A DNA stretch of 64,000 bases, taken from contig NC_087251.1 of NCBI RefSeq assembly GCF_037042905.1, positions 16,742,001 to 16,806,000 of the forward strand, in the 5' to 3' direction. The translations under genes were made by a program, and so were the position numbers. This DNA is from Lytechinus pictus (taxonomy: Eukaryota). A model generated the notes under the pieces. That model saw only the letters and a program-made list of their open reading frames with translations. It did no database searches and was not told the origin of the DNA. The stretch's first letter is position 1. Each line of letters opens with the position of its first letter. Shown here piece by piece: positions 37,337 through 51,300 of the stretch.

Positions 37337-37983
37337 CCTGGCTGTTCTCTTCTGTGCTTTGTCTGTAGGTAATAAAGTGACGCCTGATGTTTGCTCCTCT
37401 TGCTTCTTATCAGCTGCATCTGTTGCTATGGAAACCCCTTCACTGGTTCCAGTGATGCGATCTTCTGCATCTAATGACACAACTCCATTTCCTTCCTCTG
37501 GTTTGGCTATTACTGCATCATTCTCACCAGTAACAGAATCTGGTAAACAGTTTTTGCTAGAGTCTGTTACCAAGGCAACAGGTTCTTTTAAATGATCACA
37601 TTCTTTTTTGGTTACATTGTTTTCTGTCTCGTTGGCGGTAAGGTCCTTAGATTTCTCTGGTGTGGCTGATGATTCTGCAGCATTATTTTGACCAGCAACA
37701 ACATCTGGGTTATCGTTTGTGTTTGAGTCTGTTTCCATAGCAACTGGTTCCTCTGAAAGATCACATCCTTTGTTTATTACTTCATCTTCTTTCTGGCTTG
37801 TATTCAGATCTTTAGATTCTGCACTAATCGTCTCAACTGGTTTCTTTAGGATGAGTTTTTCATGGAAATCTCTGAGATTGAATGGCCTTATCATTTCTTT
37901 GCTTTCTTGTGGAAAGTTGAAAGCTTGGAGTGCAGAATTCATAGGCCCGTCTTCGGAATGAAAATGGACAACTGTCCCTTTAC
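37337..37983 (-). CDS. TRMT6: TRMT6 exon 7 (includes long acidic low-complexity linker)
   Basis: GKGTVVHFHSEDGPMNSALQAFNFP...QKRTAR; 647 nt; GTAAAT donor. Confidence 0.85.
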
Positions 37984-38709
37984 CTAAAGAAAAAGAATCA
38001 ATATGAACATGGTGATTATTTCAATGATTCACTTTATTTCTGTAATTTGGAGTGAAGAGACAGAGTGAGCAACAAGAGCGTGATATAAGACAGGAGTGCT
38101 TAATAAGAACCTACTAATATCCTATCATAATTATTGCACAATGTTTATTCGTATGATAAGAACAATTAAAATTGAACTGCAAATTGTATACCAGCTGAAA
38201 ATACAATACTACAATTAATATGTGTACTAGCTCTGTAATAGCTCTAAAGAAAGAAATTAAATAATTACAAGTGCAAATATATGTGATATCATTGGAAAAA
38301 GTCTGTAGTGTCATTTTGCCAGAAGTATCAGCTTAATAAAGAACTGCTTCTATTGAGCAAATCACCCTTTTATACTACAGGGCAAGTGATATATTATTTT
38401 TAGAGAACAGAATTAATAAAAAAAGATAGAAAAGATTTTGTGCATGGCTGACATGGCAGTATCTGCCATATTGTACCCCAACTAGAGACAAGCTGCCAAA
38501 CTCTCCTAATCAATGGCTCTAGAAACCTGTCACAAAAATATGGCTCCAAAACATAAGTATAACCTCAAGTCTATAGCAAACTACATGTATGTACAAAAAG
38601 TTATAATTAATCTTAAATCATACATATCTCTTATGTAACAGTGTTCTGCCCTATCGCCTACTACAGTGGTCACACAAAGAGTGCTTTGTCACTAATCAGG
38701 AAACCTCAC

Positions 38710-38834
38710 CTCCAAGTCTTTCCATGATGGCTGCCACCAGCAGACCGTGACAGTGTTCTAAAACCATCACTTTCATTCCAGATTGTACATTGGCGGCTGT
38801 CAGGAGCTGGGCCATTGTGTCAATGCGGATTTGT
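38710..38834 (-). CDS. TRMT6: TRMT6 exon 6
   Basis: QIRIDTMAQLLTAANVQSGMKVMVLEHCHGLLVAAIMERLG. Confidence 0.93.
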
Positions 38835-39009
38835 CTAAAATAGCAAAGTTAATGAAAATGATAATTAGGATTGTACAACAAACACAACATATTATTGTAA
38901 TGGTGGTGATGATAGTTCTACTCCAACTTCTCCTCATTGTCATTAGCCTGTGATGATAACAATAATGTTTAGGGTATACATGACGACAACAGCAGCAATA
39001 ATACAGATG

Positions 39010-39427
<418 letters not shown>

Positions 39428-39526
39428 CATTAAAAACAATTTCTTATACTATAACTCCAAATTTAAAGTGTATTGCCATATAACAATAGGATATTTATTA
39501 TCATTGACATATAAATGCAAACTTAC

Positions 39527-39610
39527 ATGACTTTTGATGGTGCTCTGTTGAAATACATCTCGCACATGAGTCTTGTACACGGCCGAAGTACCACAAATCT
39601 CAGGATATGC
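39527..39610 (-). CDS. TRMT6: TRMT6 exon 5
   Basis: HILRFVVLRPCTRLMCEMYFNRAPSKV; phases fit. Confidence 0.9.
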
Positions 39611-39982
39611 CTTGAGAAATGATATACAGTAAATTCAATGTTATTGAAATATGCTGAATATAAACATAACTGAATTAATTTTTCATTTATTATTCAGCAC
39701 CTTTAGAGTAATATAGTCACCATTTCAGTTGTATTCATCACCTTGTGTAGCAATTATCACATGAAATTAATGAAACATTCTTCATAGATCTAATAATGAA
39801 ATTTGAAATTTGAGAAATTTCCCAACAATTTTAACTGGTAAATGATTGTACTATATTGGCATGCAAAAGACTATCCATTTCCTTGTTCACGAACGAAGTA
39901 TGTTAAAATATAGATAACACATGGAGTTGAAATCTATTAGGACATACTAGAAATAGATTGATTCTTTCAGCTTTGAACTTAC

Positions 39983-40074
39983 TTGTTTCTTTTCTTTTTG
40001 AGGTACTTTGCTTTGGAATATACAGTTCTCTCATTGAAGGAAGAGCTATTCTCAATCAATTGGTCAATTATCTC
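39983..40074 (-). CDS. TRMT6: TRMT6 exon 4
   Basis: EIIDQLIENSSSFNERTVYSKAKYLKKKRNK. Confidence 0.93.
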
Positions 40075-40247
40075 CTGAACATCAAGATCAAGAAGGTTAA
40101 AGAATAGAAGCATGGTAATAACATCAGGGTATCATAAGATGGTTGTGATTATTACTGATATACAGTCATATCTTTAATGGTTTTTTTAACAACACATTAC
40201 AATGATCCACAGATACAACAAATTTAACTTACAATTCAAGGTTATAG

Positions 40248-43223
40248 TAGGGGAGATCGGGGTTAGTTGGAACGCGGGGTAAGTTGAAACATTGTAATTT
40301 TCTTTAACGCCTTTAAATATATTTATGCAATACTGCCCTCAATTTATTGCCATTATCAACAGCCATCCACCATATTACAGACAACACATGTGCTACAATG
40401 TACAAGCCTGGTGAAGTTAGAAAGGAATTTTTGTTTTTTCACCTTCTGAGTAATTGTTTCTCTCTCAAAAATGTTTTATTATCTCAGAGAAGTTTATAGA
40501 TCAAGTTGGCCAATTTGGGGGTATAATAGACACTTATACCAAGCTACATAATAAAGTTATTAATATGCCATGGTGAAGTCCCTTATTTGTGCTGTAAGCT
40601 TATAAATGTCAAATGGGCATATGGGGTTAGTTGGAACAAAATTGAAGGGGCTAGTTGGAACATGTTCCAGGTACCCCAAACATAATTATGAATAAAAACA
40701 TTGGATATGAGAAAAAAAATGTATACAGTATTTCACACTCTTTTGAACATGTATTGAATTTGAATTTGAATTTATTAACAAACTTCATTCATATGGCATG
40801 AATATTTTGTTTTAAAATATATACAATGATAACATAAACATTCATAACTGTATGTACCATGCTTGCTTTGTTTCTCAGTTAGGTCTGAGTGTGCATGTAA
40901 GGCCTATTTTAGGCCCCTAATGTAATATCAACCATTATCAAACTGGGGGGGGGGGGTCGATTTGAGCGCCCCCCCTCGACAAATTTTGTCACTAAGCCGT
41001 CGCGTGAATATTTTTTTGACCGCACCACTGGCTGACTTTTTACTTTGAAGTCTTGCGCATCATTTGAGACCAAATTTGGGATGCCAAGATGCGCGGTTTC
41101 GAAATTACGCAACATTTTGTACATGCATGTCAGATCCAAAATTGCTCAAAAACGTGATTCCATGTACAAGGTAAATGCAAATTGTGTTTTTAAACCAAAA
41201 ATCATAAATGTATGATTATTTTTACTTTTGTTGGTTCAAAACTTCAAATGGATTAATTTTATGCTATTTATGATCGCAAAAGGGTCACCGACAAAGTTCA
41301 TTGGAAAATAACAACAAGTGGAACGCCTCTGGCAGTCTCGCCTGCATTACGCAATTTAATATAGCAGCAGTGCTAACTTTGAAAACTACTATAAAATAAT
41401 CATTCACAAAAACATCATTCATATAATGACATAATACCACGTTCATTGACCATAAATGACATTTGAACGGAGACTTAAGACTGTCAACTACACCCATGTC
41501 TACATTTCCTTCACTCTATCCATAAACTTTCAAAGTTATGATGGCACTTCAACAATTACCCCAACATGGCCTAAGTTTATTGACCTTAACTGACCTTTGA
41601 CTTGGTTTTGTGACCTGAAACTCACAGGGGATGTTCAGTGATGCTTGATTACTGTTATATCCCAAGTTTTATGAACTAGATCCATAAACTTTCAGAGTTA
41701 GGATGGTAATTCAACAAATAACCCCAACACGTCCAAAGTTAATTGACCTTTAATGACCTTTGACCATGGTCATGTGACCTGAAACTCGTACAGGATGTTC
41801 AGTGATACTCGATTACTCTTATGTCCAAGTTTCATGAACTAGATCCATAAACTTTCAGAGTTAGGATGGTAATTTAACATATACCCCCAACACGGCCAAA
41901 GTTCATTGACTATGGTCATGTGACCTGAAACTCGCACAGGATATTCAGTGGTACTTGATTAACCTAATGTCCAAGTTTCATGAACTAAATCCATAAATTT
42001 TCAAAGTTATGATAATAATTCAACAAATACCCCCAACTTGACCAAAGTTCATTGACCCTAAATGACCTTTGACCTTGGTCATGTGACCTGAAACTCAAGC
42101 AGAATGTTCACTAATACTTGATTAACCTTATGCCCAAGTTTCATGAACTAGGTCCATATACTTTCTAAGTTATGATGTCATTTCAAAAACTTAACCTTCG
42201 GTTAAGATTTTGAAAATAATTTTCCCAACATGGTCTAAGTTCATTGACCCTAAATGACCTTTGACCTTGGTCATGTGACCTGAAACTCAGGCAGGATGTT
42301 CAGTAATACTTGATTAACCTTATGTCCAAATTTCATGAACTAGGTCCATATACTTTTTAAGTTATGATGTCATTTCAAAAACTTAACCTTAGGTTAAGAT
42401 TTGATGTTGACGCCGCCGCCGCCGCCGTCGCCGTCGGAAAAGCGGCGCCTATAGTCTCGCTCTGCTATGCAGGCGAGACAAAAACGAAACAAAGGTTAAA
42501 AAAACAAAGGAATACAAATAAAAAAATACATAAGAAATTATATTTTTTGCAATTTTTCGTAGATATTTGTTATTAATGTAAACATTGATACTCTTGCCAA
42601 AAATTAGCATTCTACTAGCTAAATAAATTGAATTAAGGCAAAAACATACAAAAAAAAACATACAAAAATTTAGGGCAAATTTTGTATGCTTATTTGCATA
42701 AAATTAATTAGAAAATATGAACAATTAGTTTTACATGTACATGAAATTGCTGATACATTTAATTGCATGTAAAATCATGCGCACACAAATACGTGGAATT
42801 CTACTACACAGTTGGCTTGTGTGAGTGGCTGTATAATAGAAAACATAAAGTTCAACAAATCAGAATACACACCTTTAATATTTTGAACTTGTAAAAAATA
42901 AAGCAAATAGGCTAAAATCATGTAATATTACAGTTGTAAGTAGTTTTAGTATAATGCTTAATTGACCATGCAGTGTTCCAACTTACCCCATACCATGTTC
43001 CAACTTACCCCGTATATGGGGTAAGTTGGAACGCTTGCGATGGTCTTGTTCAAGGTGAATTTTTTCCAGTAACCATCATAGAGTTAAAAAAAATTATGGG
43101 GTACATTTGAAGCCCTTAGATATATGCTTTAAGTTGATATATTGATTGTTTCTCAAATAAATTATATTTGGATTTTACAGCCATTTTAGTCAAATATGTT
43201 CCAACTAACTCCGATCTCCCCTA
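40248..43223. mobile_element. Tc1/pogo-like non-autonomous element carrying nested insertions
   Basis: TIRs taggggagatcggggttagttggaac / gttccaactaactccgatctccccta, with internal ggggtaagttggaac subrepeats. Confidence 0.75.
41313..42484 (-). mobile_element. Second Helentron/DINE-like element (same family as 22904-23861)
   Basis: Reverse-orientation homolog: aacaagtggaacgcctctggcagtctcgcctgc ... (gcc)n ... gcaggcgagacaaaaa, with more central repeat units. Confidence 0.75.
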
Positions 43224-43444
43224 TATTTCGCATTCAAATGAGGTTACATCATAAAGGCTGCCAACCTTGTGAAACCATAAAAATTAATCATAACAGCAAA
43301 AAAGGAATTTCCAATAAAAGAGGTAAATTTAGGCAATCAGGTTTTAAGGTTTGTGTTGACAAATGGAATTGCCCCTCTATATCTCTATTTCATAAATCTT
43401 ACACAAATATGTTTGTGTAAGATTTATGAAATAGAGATATAGAG

Positions 43445-43644
43445 GGGCAATTCCATAAAATATTCAACCATTTTGTACGTCTGACCCCCATTTTTCTCAA
43501 TTCTTACTTCACTTAAAAAACTGACCAAGTCATGGTCATTTGAGAACATTAAAGACTGTCATATGAACCAGAAATCAGCGACAGAAACTTTCATGAAGGC
43601 CTCACATACATGGTGTCAGATGTACACATTTTATGGAATTGCCC
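43445..43644. mobile_element. 200-bp MITE
   Basis: 17-bp TIRs gggcaattccataaaat / attttatggaattgccc; agag on both flanks. Confidence 0.7.
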
Positions 43645-44207
43645 AGAGATGATTTTTCTTATAAATTCTGAGGAAAAAAACTTACCTATGCTGTAATTTG
43701 GTTGCATAAATGTTTTATGGCATAAATCATAATGGTTGGCTGCTTTCTATCAGGGCATACAATCATTTTGTTCACTAAAAGTTGTGATATTGCACTGACT
43801 CTTGCAATTGATAATGTACACTGTACACTTTTTTAAAAAGAATTCCAGAATTGTAATTTCAATTTAATAGGATGCTTTCCATATATTTTTGGTGGCTCTG
43901 CGAAAAGTGTAGCACAAAGATAATATTAAACAGTTTCCATGACATTTGCTTTGGCGACAATTGCTCCAATTGCGAATCTGCACGTTAAGCCAAATATAAA
44001 ACCTAACCTCCAAATCTAAATAAACCCTAATGCTAATCTTTACCATATGCTGAACCAAAAATTATATTACAACCTAACCCTCAGTCCTCAACCCTATATG
44101 CTCTGAGATATTAAGACCTGAGCAAATGTCGCAGGAGCATATATATTAGGTCACCACTGAAAAAGATACTGAAAAACAGTAAAAGTACCTATCAGTACTA
44201 AATTTAC

Positions 44208-44311
44208 CTGTCCACTCTTCCCTTGTCCCTTGAGATCCATGATATCATCTTTATCAAGCTTTTGGGAAGAATCATCACCAAATATACCTCTATTATCAGC
44301 ACCTCCTTTAT
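44208..44311 (-). CDS. TRMT6: TRMT6 exon 3
   Basis: GADNRGIFGDDSSQKLDKDDIMDLKGQGKSGQ, containing the conserved DNR...SQKL motif. Confidence 0.92.
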
Positions 44312-44986
44312 CTATGATAAAAATAGTATTAATTTAGTTTGTGGATTGTCTTAATGCAGTGATACAATACAATCTAAGACTTCAAAGTGAATGGATGAAA
44401 GCCAATTCTGTCATTCAAATGTGCATACAATTTGTAAGTCAAACAATAACCCTCTCACCCAAGCTAATGGTTGACTTTACATTACAATGCCACTTATTTT
44501 TTTTTTAATCATTTTAGAACGACAAGAAAAATATTCTCCAGAAAATGGTTTTAGCCTGGGTTAAAGTTGTCATCTACTTGATTTATATAGCCTACTAGGC
44601 TTAAAGATGATAGAATTGAGGAAATTATGGAAACTGCTTACCGTAGTGCTTTGCATTGACCAAAATTGAAGACTTCAAATACTAAATCATTAGAAAGTGC
44701 ATAAGTGAGTAAGGATGAAAGAAGAGAAGAGAGAGAAAAAAAAGCAAACAAGAAAATGATCAGGATGGGGTAAAAACCTGTAGTAATGAAAATGAGGTAT
44801 TATTGCTGGGGATATTGGAATTAGTCCTACATCTAATCAAATTGATAAAATTCCTCCATAGTCCCTGTTCACGATACCATAAAACAAGAGCTCATAAACT
44901 GAAAGCTTGACTCCTGGCATTGACAGCAGTCTTTAGGTGATGAGGGAAGAAGGTTTAATAATTCAATCTACTACAAATACTAGTAC

Positions 44987-45126
44987 CTATCTGTTGAGCC
45001 AAGTCTTGTGATGTTGTCTTCTCAAGAACTTGTACAAGATTGTTTCCCTGAAGCTCCCATGTAGAACCATAGGGATGACCAATGACGGGGGCAAGAGAAA
45101 AATGCCTTTTCTCCAGAACTGCTTTC
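44987..45126 (-). CDS. TRMT6: TRMT6 exon 2
   Basis: KAVLEKRHFSLAPVIGHPYGSTWELQG...; AG/GT boundaries in phase. Confidence 0.88.
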
Positions 45127-45880
45127 CTACGAACAACAAAAACAATATAGTATTGAGAATAATGAAGCAGAATTTATTATTGCACTGGTCTTTCATCTAT
45201 ACCCAGTAGTTGTGTGTCTGGACGGGTTGGGTGTCCAGACGCATGACTTTTTACTCTAAATTTTGAAAAGTTTACAAGCAATGTCTTTGGGTTTTTTTAG
45301 CACAGAATGTAAGAAAATATTATAAAGAACAAATATTGATGGTGATAAGAACTATTCAACAATTGGCTTATTCTTGGGTTGAAAAAATTCAAATTTCAAA
45401 TAAAAAACACTCAACACAACAGTTAACACATAAGTTTCATAAAAGCACATTCTTCATTCTATATTTGCAATTAATCAAGTCTCAAGTCAGTCATGATTGT
45501 TGGAAATAATATATATTCTGAACTGCTGTGCTGCCATTAACAAGTTATCGTACAGGGGCCTTATCGTCATTCAAGTCACTGGGGACAAACTTGAGACACT
45601 CCTCAAATATGAGCAATCTTTCAATGAAATCCACGGGTGGAAGATTTTCAAAAGAAATCTATTGTTCGCGATGCGAAACGGTGCGAAGCTTCTCATAGAA
45701 TGGGGACTACTTCCTTCCACCTCACATTTTCCCATTGACACAATAAGTCAATAACAACTGACTCGGACACTTTTTCAAACAACAAAAATAGTATTTTTCT
45801 TTTCTCTCCTGTGGCTGTATATTCTTCCAAGTTGATGAAACAATGATAATAACACTAAATAAAACAAAATTAATCACACT

Positions 45881-47360
45881 AAAAACACTATTTAACTGTC
45901 TAATTACTCCTTGTGATCCGAGTCCCCTTCCCATGTTGAGACTACCAATTTCCCCATAGGAGGAGACTCGGATAACGAGTAATAGCATATTACTCGTTAT
46001 CCGAGTCCCCTCCTATAAGATGGAAAATTGGCAGTCTCAACATGGGACGGGGACTCAGATCACGAGGAGTGATAAGACAGTTAAATAGTGTTTTTAAAGT
46101 GATTTTCATTGATTTTTATGATTATTATTATCGAAAATATTCATTTATCATCTCTAGGAAACTGTCTAAAGTGGCAGAGTGGTTTTGAAGAGGAGTGAAA
46201 TGAGGGATAGATGAATATCAACGGGTTAATTGCCGTTTTATTTTTAGGAGAGGGAACTTGGATCACGAGTTATAGTACTCCTAGTTATCCAAGTCCCCTC
46301 CTATGGGAAATTTGACAGTCTTAACACGGGAAGGGACTCGGATCACGAGGAGTAATTAGACAGTTTAAATGGAGTTTTTAATGTGATTTTCATTGTTTCT
46401 AATGATTCTTATTATAAAAAATATTCATTTATCATCTCTAGGAAACTGTCTACAAGTGGCAGAGTGGTTTTGAAGAGGAGTGAAATGAGGGGTAGATGAA
46501 TATCAATGGGTTAATTGCCGTTTTGTATGATAAGGAGAGGGGACTTGGATCACGAGGAGTAGTTTTATAGAGTTTTAATGCAATTCTATTGATTCTAATA
46601 ATTCATATTATCGAAAATAGGAAACTGTTTTAAAGTGACACAGTGATTTAATTCAGATCAAGGGGGACTTGAATCACGAGGAGTAATTATACAGAAATTC
46701 TTTTTACCTGACGAAATAAAGCAATGGAGACTGTTAAGAGGGAGATGCAATTTGATTTATTTAGTTAAAATGTGATAGGCGAAATAAAGCATAATTGATA
46801 GAAACATATATATGAAAAGAGATTTATTTAGCATTAAAAGTAGATGAAATAAAGAACTGAAAAAGAAGTAGATGCAATTCTGATTTATTTAGTAAATTAA
46901 GAAATAAGAATCGATGAAAATGGAGACTGAAGAGGGATAGGGCTAGATCAAGCCTAGATGAAATTTTGAAGTTTACTTTATTTAGTAAAAACGTAATAGA
47001 GGAAATAAAGCAAAGTTTTAATTGTCAGATAAACATGAGACAATCCTGATTTATTTACTATAAAAGTACTAGTTGACGAAATGAAGCAATAGAGCCTGAA
47101 AAAGAAGTAGATCTATGCAATTCTGATTTATTTAGTAAGTTAGGAATCAACGAAATAAAGCAATATGGAGACTGAAAAGGGATAGGGCCTTTTGATTTAT
47201 TTAGTAAAAACGTAGACAAAATAAAGCAAAATTTTAATTGTCAGATAAACATGAAAGAGACAATCCTAGTTAAAGAAACGAAGCAATAGAGACTGAAAAA
47301 GAAATAGATGCAATTTTGATTTATTTAGTAAAAACATAGATGAAATAAAGCAAATTTTTT
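45881..47360. repeat. Composite repeat: ~105-bp-arm hairpin, ~295-bp tandem duplication and degenerate AT-rich tandem units
   Basis: Inverted arms centred at 45986. Blocks ~45990-46270 and ~46285-46560 are near duplicates. Recurrent gatttatttagtaaaa/gaaataaagcaa units span 46700-47360. Confidence 0.7.
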
Positions 47361-48392
47361 ATTGTGAGTATTGTCTGAAGCCACACTGAAAAGTGTCAGC
47401 ATAAAACAGGCCGATTTTAGGGAAAATATGGCAAATTTTTTCGGGAAATTCAGGCTGCTAGAAAAATGTGATCTGAATTGATTATTAACTTGTGTTTGGC
47501 ATGTATGGAAAGAGAAATTTCAGGGGCTTCTTTTGACAGTAAGGACAATTTTATAGGATTATTTGAAATAAGGATTTAGCGATAAATTGCAAACCCTTAT
47601 TTGTGTGTGTGTTGAGATTGCCATTTCCCCTTGCGTTTTCTATGGGAAAATGACATTTCTGTTTTGCACAATTTTTTTCACTTTGTCGCAATTTTTCATT
47701 GTGATCTGGTTTCCAAATCTTTATAAAAATCATACCATCAGAAAGAGCATGGAAAATCCTATTTGACTCTTTATGGACAAGTTTTTGGCATTAATAATAA
47801 ATTTATAACAGCTCTCGGAAGCTAAAAATTTGGATTTGTGTGTGTCCATTTCTTAACTACACAGTCTATGGCAGAGAAATGCTGAAAATTGACCTAATTT
47901 CATTCTTCTTTTTTGCAGCCAATAATTTGATTAAAAAAAAAAGTTACATTTCTGTCAGTCTGAAGGTCATTTCTCTTCAAATTCACAAAGAAAATGTGAT
48001 ATTTTCTTTAAAAAAGAAAAATATTTTTTTTCTCCAGACACAATACACTCTACAGTAAGAAACATGAAAAGATTAATATAAATCCTGATTTATTTATATT
48101 ATGAAAAGTACTAATTGACAAAATAAAGCAATAGAGATTGAAAAGAAGTAGATCTAGTCGACCCGACGCCAATAAAAGGAGACTGAAAAGAGACACGTGA
48201 CATACATGTATTGCGACTGCGAGGTTGGCCGTAGTCCGTAGATTTTTTGTAGTCGTAGGAGTAGGACGTAGATTACTTACAATCACAGCCAGGTAGGACA
48301 TGTTTTACGTTGTGAAAAATAGTCCGTGGATCCGAGTCACCAGGGACTTGGATCACGATAATGCCCGTACAGGCCTACATGACGTGATAGAA

Positions 48393-51300
48393 CAGTAGAG
48401 GCGCACGGCCAATATGGGAGACTCTCTCCAATAGGGGAGACAATCTCCCACATTGGAGACTTGCTTTGCAAAAGGACAAAAGAAACAACACCAACAAAAG
48501 CGTGATTTTTTCCACCCAAAATTTTGTCTCACTGAGGTCAGAAGCCCATTTGTTTTGTGTGTGATTGACAACAAAAATCCTTATCAAAACAAAAGTAGAC
48601 GGTGAATTTTTAAAGTAGACGGTGAAAAGGGGTAATTTTTCATGAGGAATCTGCTTATCACATTTTTATTTGCCACCAAGTTAATCCTTTTGCAGCAAAT
48701 GTAAACAAAGGAAATTGGACTCCAAAACTGGAGACTGTCTCTTAAATAAGCTTGTAACCGATTTTGCAATCGGCAACCGATTCCATTCGATTTCACCACA
48801 ATCGGCAATCACTTGCCGATCTTCGATCATGCCCCTTGAAGGAAAAAATCGAAAATAAAAAATCGGCGTAGATCTGGTTACAGTGCGTGATCGCTCAGAA
48901 CATATTTCAAGATTGTTTTTGAGGTGCTAGCTATTTACAGGTCGCATTATTCAGGGAGAAAGTCGCGTTATTATCTATGGCAATGTTTAAGGGGATAGAT
49001 ATCTTCTCTTCCAACTCATGGTGATAGCGGATGCCGCCGTGAACTTTGAAAGGTCGTATTACCGACGGAGCTCACTGCGTTACTCTCTTACATCGTTTAT
49101 GATTATATACATTTTATTTTCAACCTCGTGGTGATAGCGGATGCCGCCGTGAACTTTGAAAGGTCGTATTACCGACGGAGCTCACTGCGCTACTCTCTTA
49201 CCCCCTTTATAATGATATAAATCTTCTCTTCAACCTCGTGGTGATAGCGGAAGCCGCCGTGAACTTTGAAAGGTCGTATTACCGACGGAGCTCACTGCGC
49301 TACTCTCTTACATCGTTTATAATGATATAAATCTTCTCTTCAACCTCGTGGTGATAGCGGACCCCGCCAGAAACTTTTAAAGACTGTACTATTGACAGAG
49401 CTTATTGCGTTACTCTCTTACATCATTTATGATGATATTCATTTTATTTTCAACCTCGTGGTGATAGCGGAAGCCGCCGTGAACTTTGAAAGGTCGTATT
49501 ACCGACGGAGCTCACTGCGCTACTCTCTTACATCGTTTATAATGATATAAATCTTCTCTTCAACCTCATGGTGATAGCGGACCCCGCCATTAACTTTTAA
49601 AGACTGTACTATTGACGGAGCTTATTGCGTTGCTCTCTTACATCGTTTATGATGATATTCATTTTATTTTCAACCTCGTGGTGATAGCGGAAGCCGCCGT
49701 GAACTTTGAAAGGTCGTATTACCGACGGAGCTCACTGCGCTACTCTCTTACATCGTTTATAATGATATAAATCTTCTCTTCAACCTCGTGGTGATAGCGG
49801 ACCCCGCCAGAAACTTGTACTATTGACGGAGCTTATTGCGTTACTCTCTTACATCATTTATGATGATATTCATTTTATTTTCAACCTCGTGGTGATAGCG
49901 GATGCCGCCGTGAACTTTGAAAGGTCGTACTATTGACGGAGCTCATTGCATTACTCTCTTACATCGTTTATGATGATTTACATTTTATTTTCAACCTCGT
50001 GGTGATAGCGGACCCCGCCGTGAACTTTTAAAGATCGTGCTACTGACGGAGCTTATTGCGTTACTCTCTTACATCGTTTATGATGATATACATTTTATTT
50101 TCAACCTCGTGGTGATAGCGGATGCCGCCGTGAACTTTGAAAGGTCGTACTATTGACGGAGCTCATTGCGTTACTCTCTTACATCGTTTATGATGATTTA
50201 CATTTTATTTTCAACCTCGTGGTGATAGCGGACACCGCCGTGAACTTTGAAAGGTCGTACTATTGACGGAGCTCATTGCGTTACTCTCTTACATCGTTTA
50301 TGATGATTTACATTTTATTTTCAACCTCGTGGTGATAGCGGAAGCCGCCGTGAACTTTGAAAGGTCGTATTACCGACGGAGCTCACTGCGCTACTCTCTT
50401 ACCCCCTTTATAATGATATAAATCTTCTCTTCAACCTCGTGGTGATAGCGGACCCCGCCATTAACTTTTAAAGACTGTACTATTGACGGAGCTTATTGCG
50501 TTGCTCTCTTACATCGTTTATGATGATATTCATTTTATTTTCGACCTCGTGGTGATAGCGGAAGCCGCCGTGAACTTTGAAAGGTCGTATTACCGACGGA
50601 GCTCATTGCGTTACTCTCTTACATCGTTTATGATGATTTACATTTTATTTTCAACCTCGTGGTGATAGCGGACCCCGCCGTGAACTTTGAAAGGTCGTAC
50701 TATTGACGGAGCTCATTGCGTTACTCTCTTACATCGTTTATGATGATTTACATTTTATTTTCAACCTCGTGGTGATAGCGGAAGCCGCCGTGAACTTTGA
50801 AAGGTCGTATTACCGACGGAGCTCACTGCGCTACTCTCTTACCCCCTTTATAATGATATAAATCTTCTCTTCAACCTCGTGGTGATAGCGGACCCCGCCA
50901 TTAACTTTTAAAGACTGTACTATTGACGGAGCTTATTGCGTTGCTCTCTTACATCGTTTATGATGATATTCATTTTATTTTCAACCTCGTGGTGATAGCG
51001 GATGCCGCCGTGAACTTTGAAAGGTCGTACTATTGACGGAGCTCTTTGCATTACTCTCTTACATCGTTTATGATGATTTACATTTTATTTTCAACCTCGT
51101 GGTGATAGCGGACCCCGCCGTGAACTTTTAAAGATCGTGCTACTGACGGAGCTTATTGCGTTACTCTCTTACATCGTTTATGATGATATACATTTTATTT
51201 TCAACCTCGTGGTGATAGCGGATGCCGCCGTGAACTTTGAAAGGTCGTACTATTGACGGAGCTCATTGCGTTACTCTCTTACATCGTTTATGATGATTTA

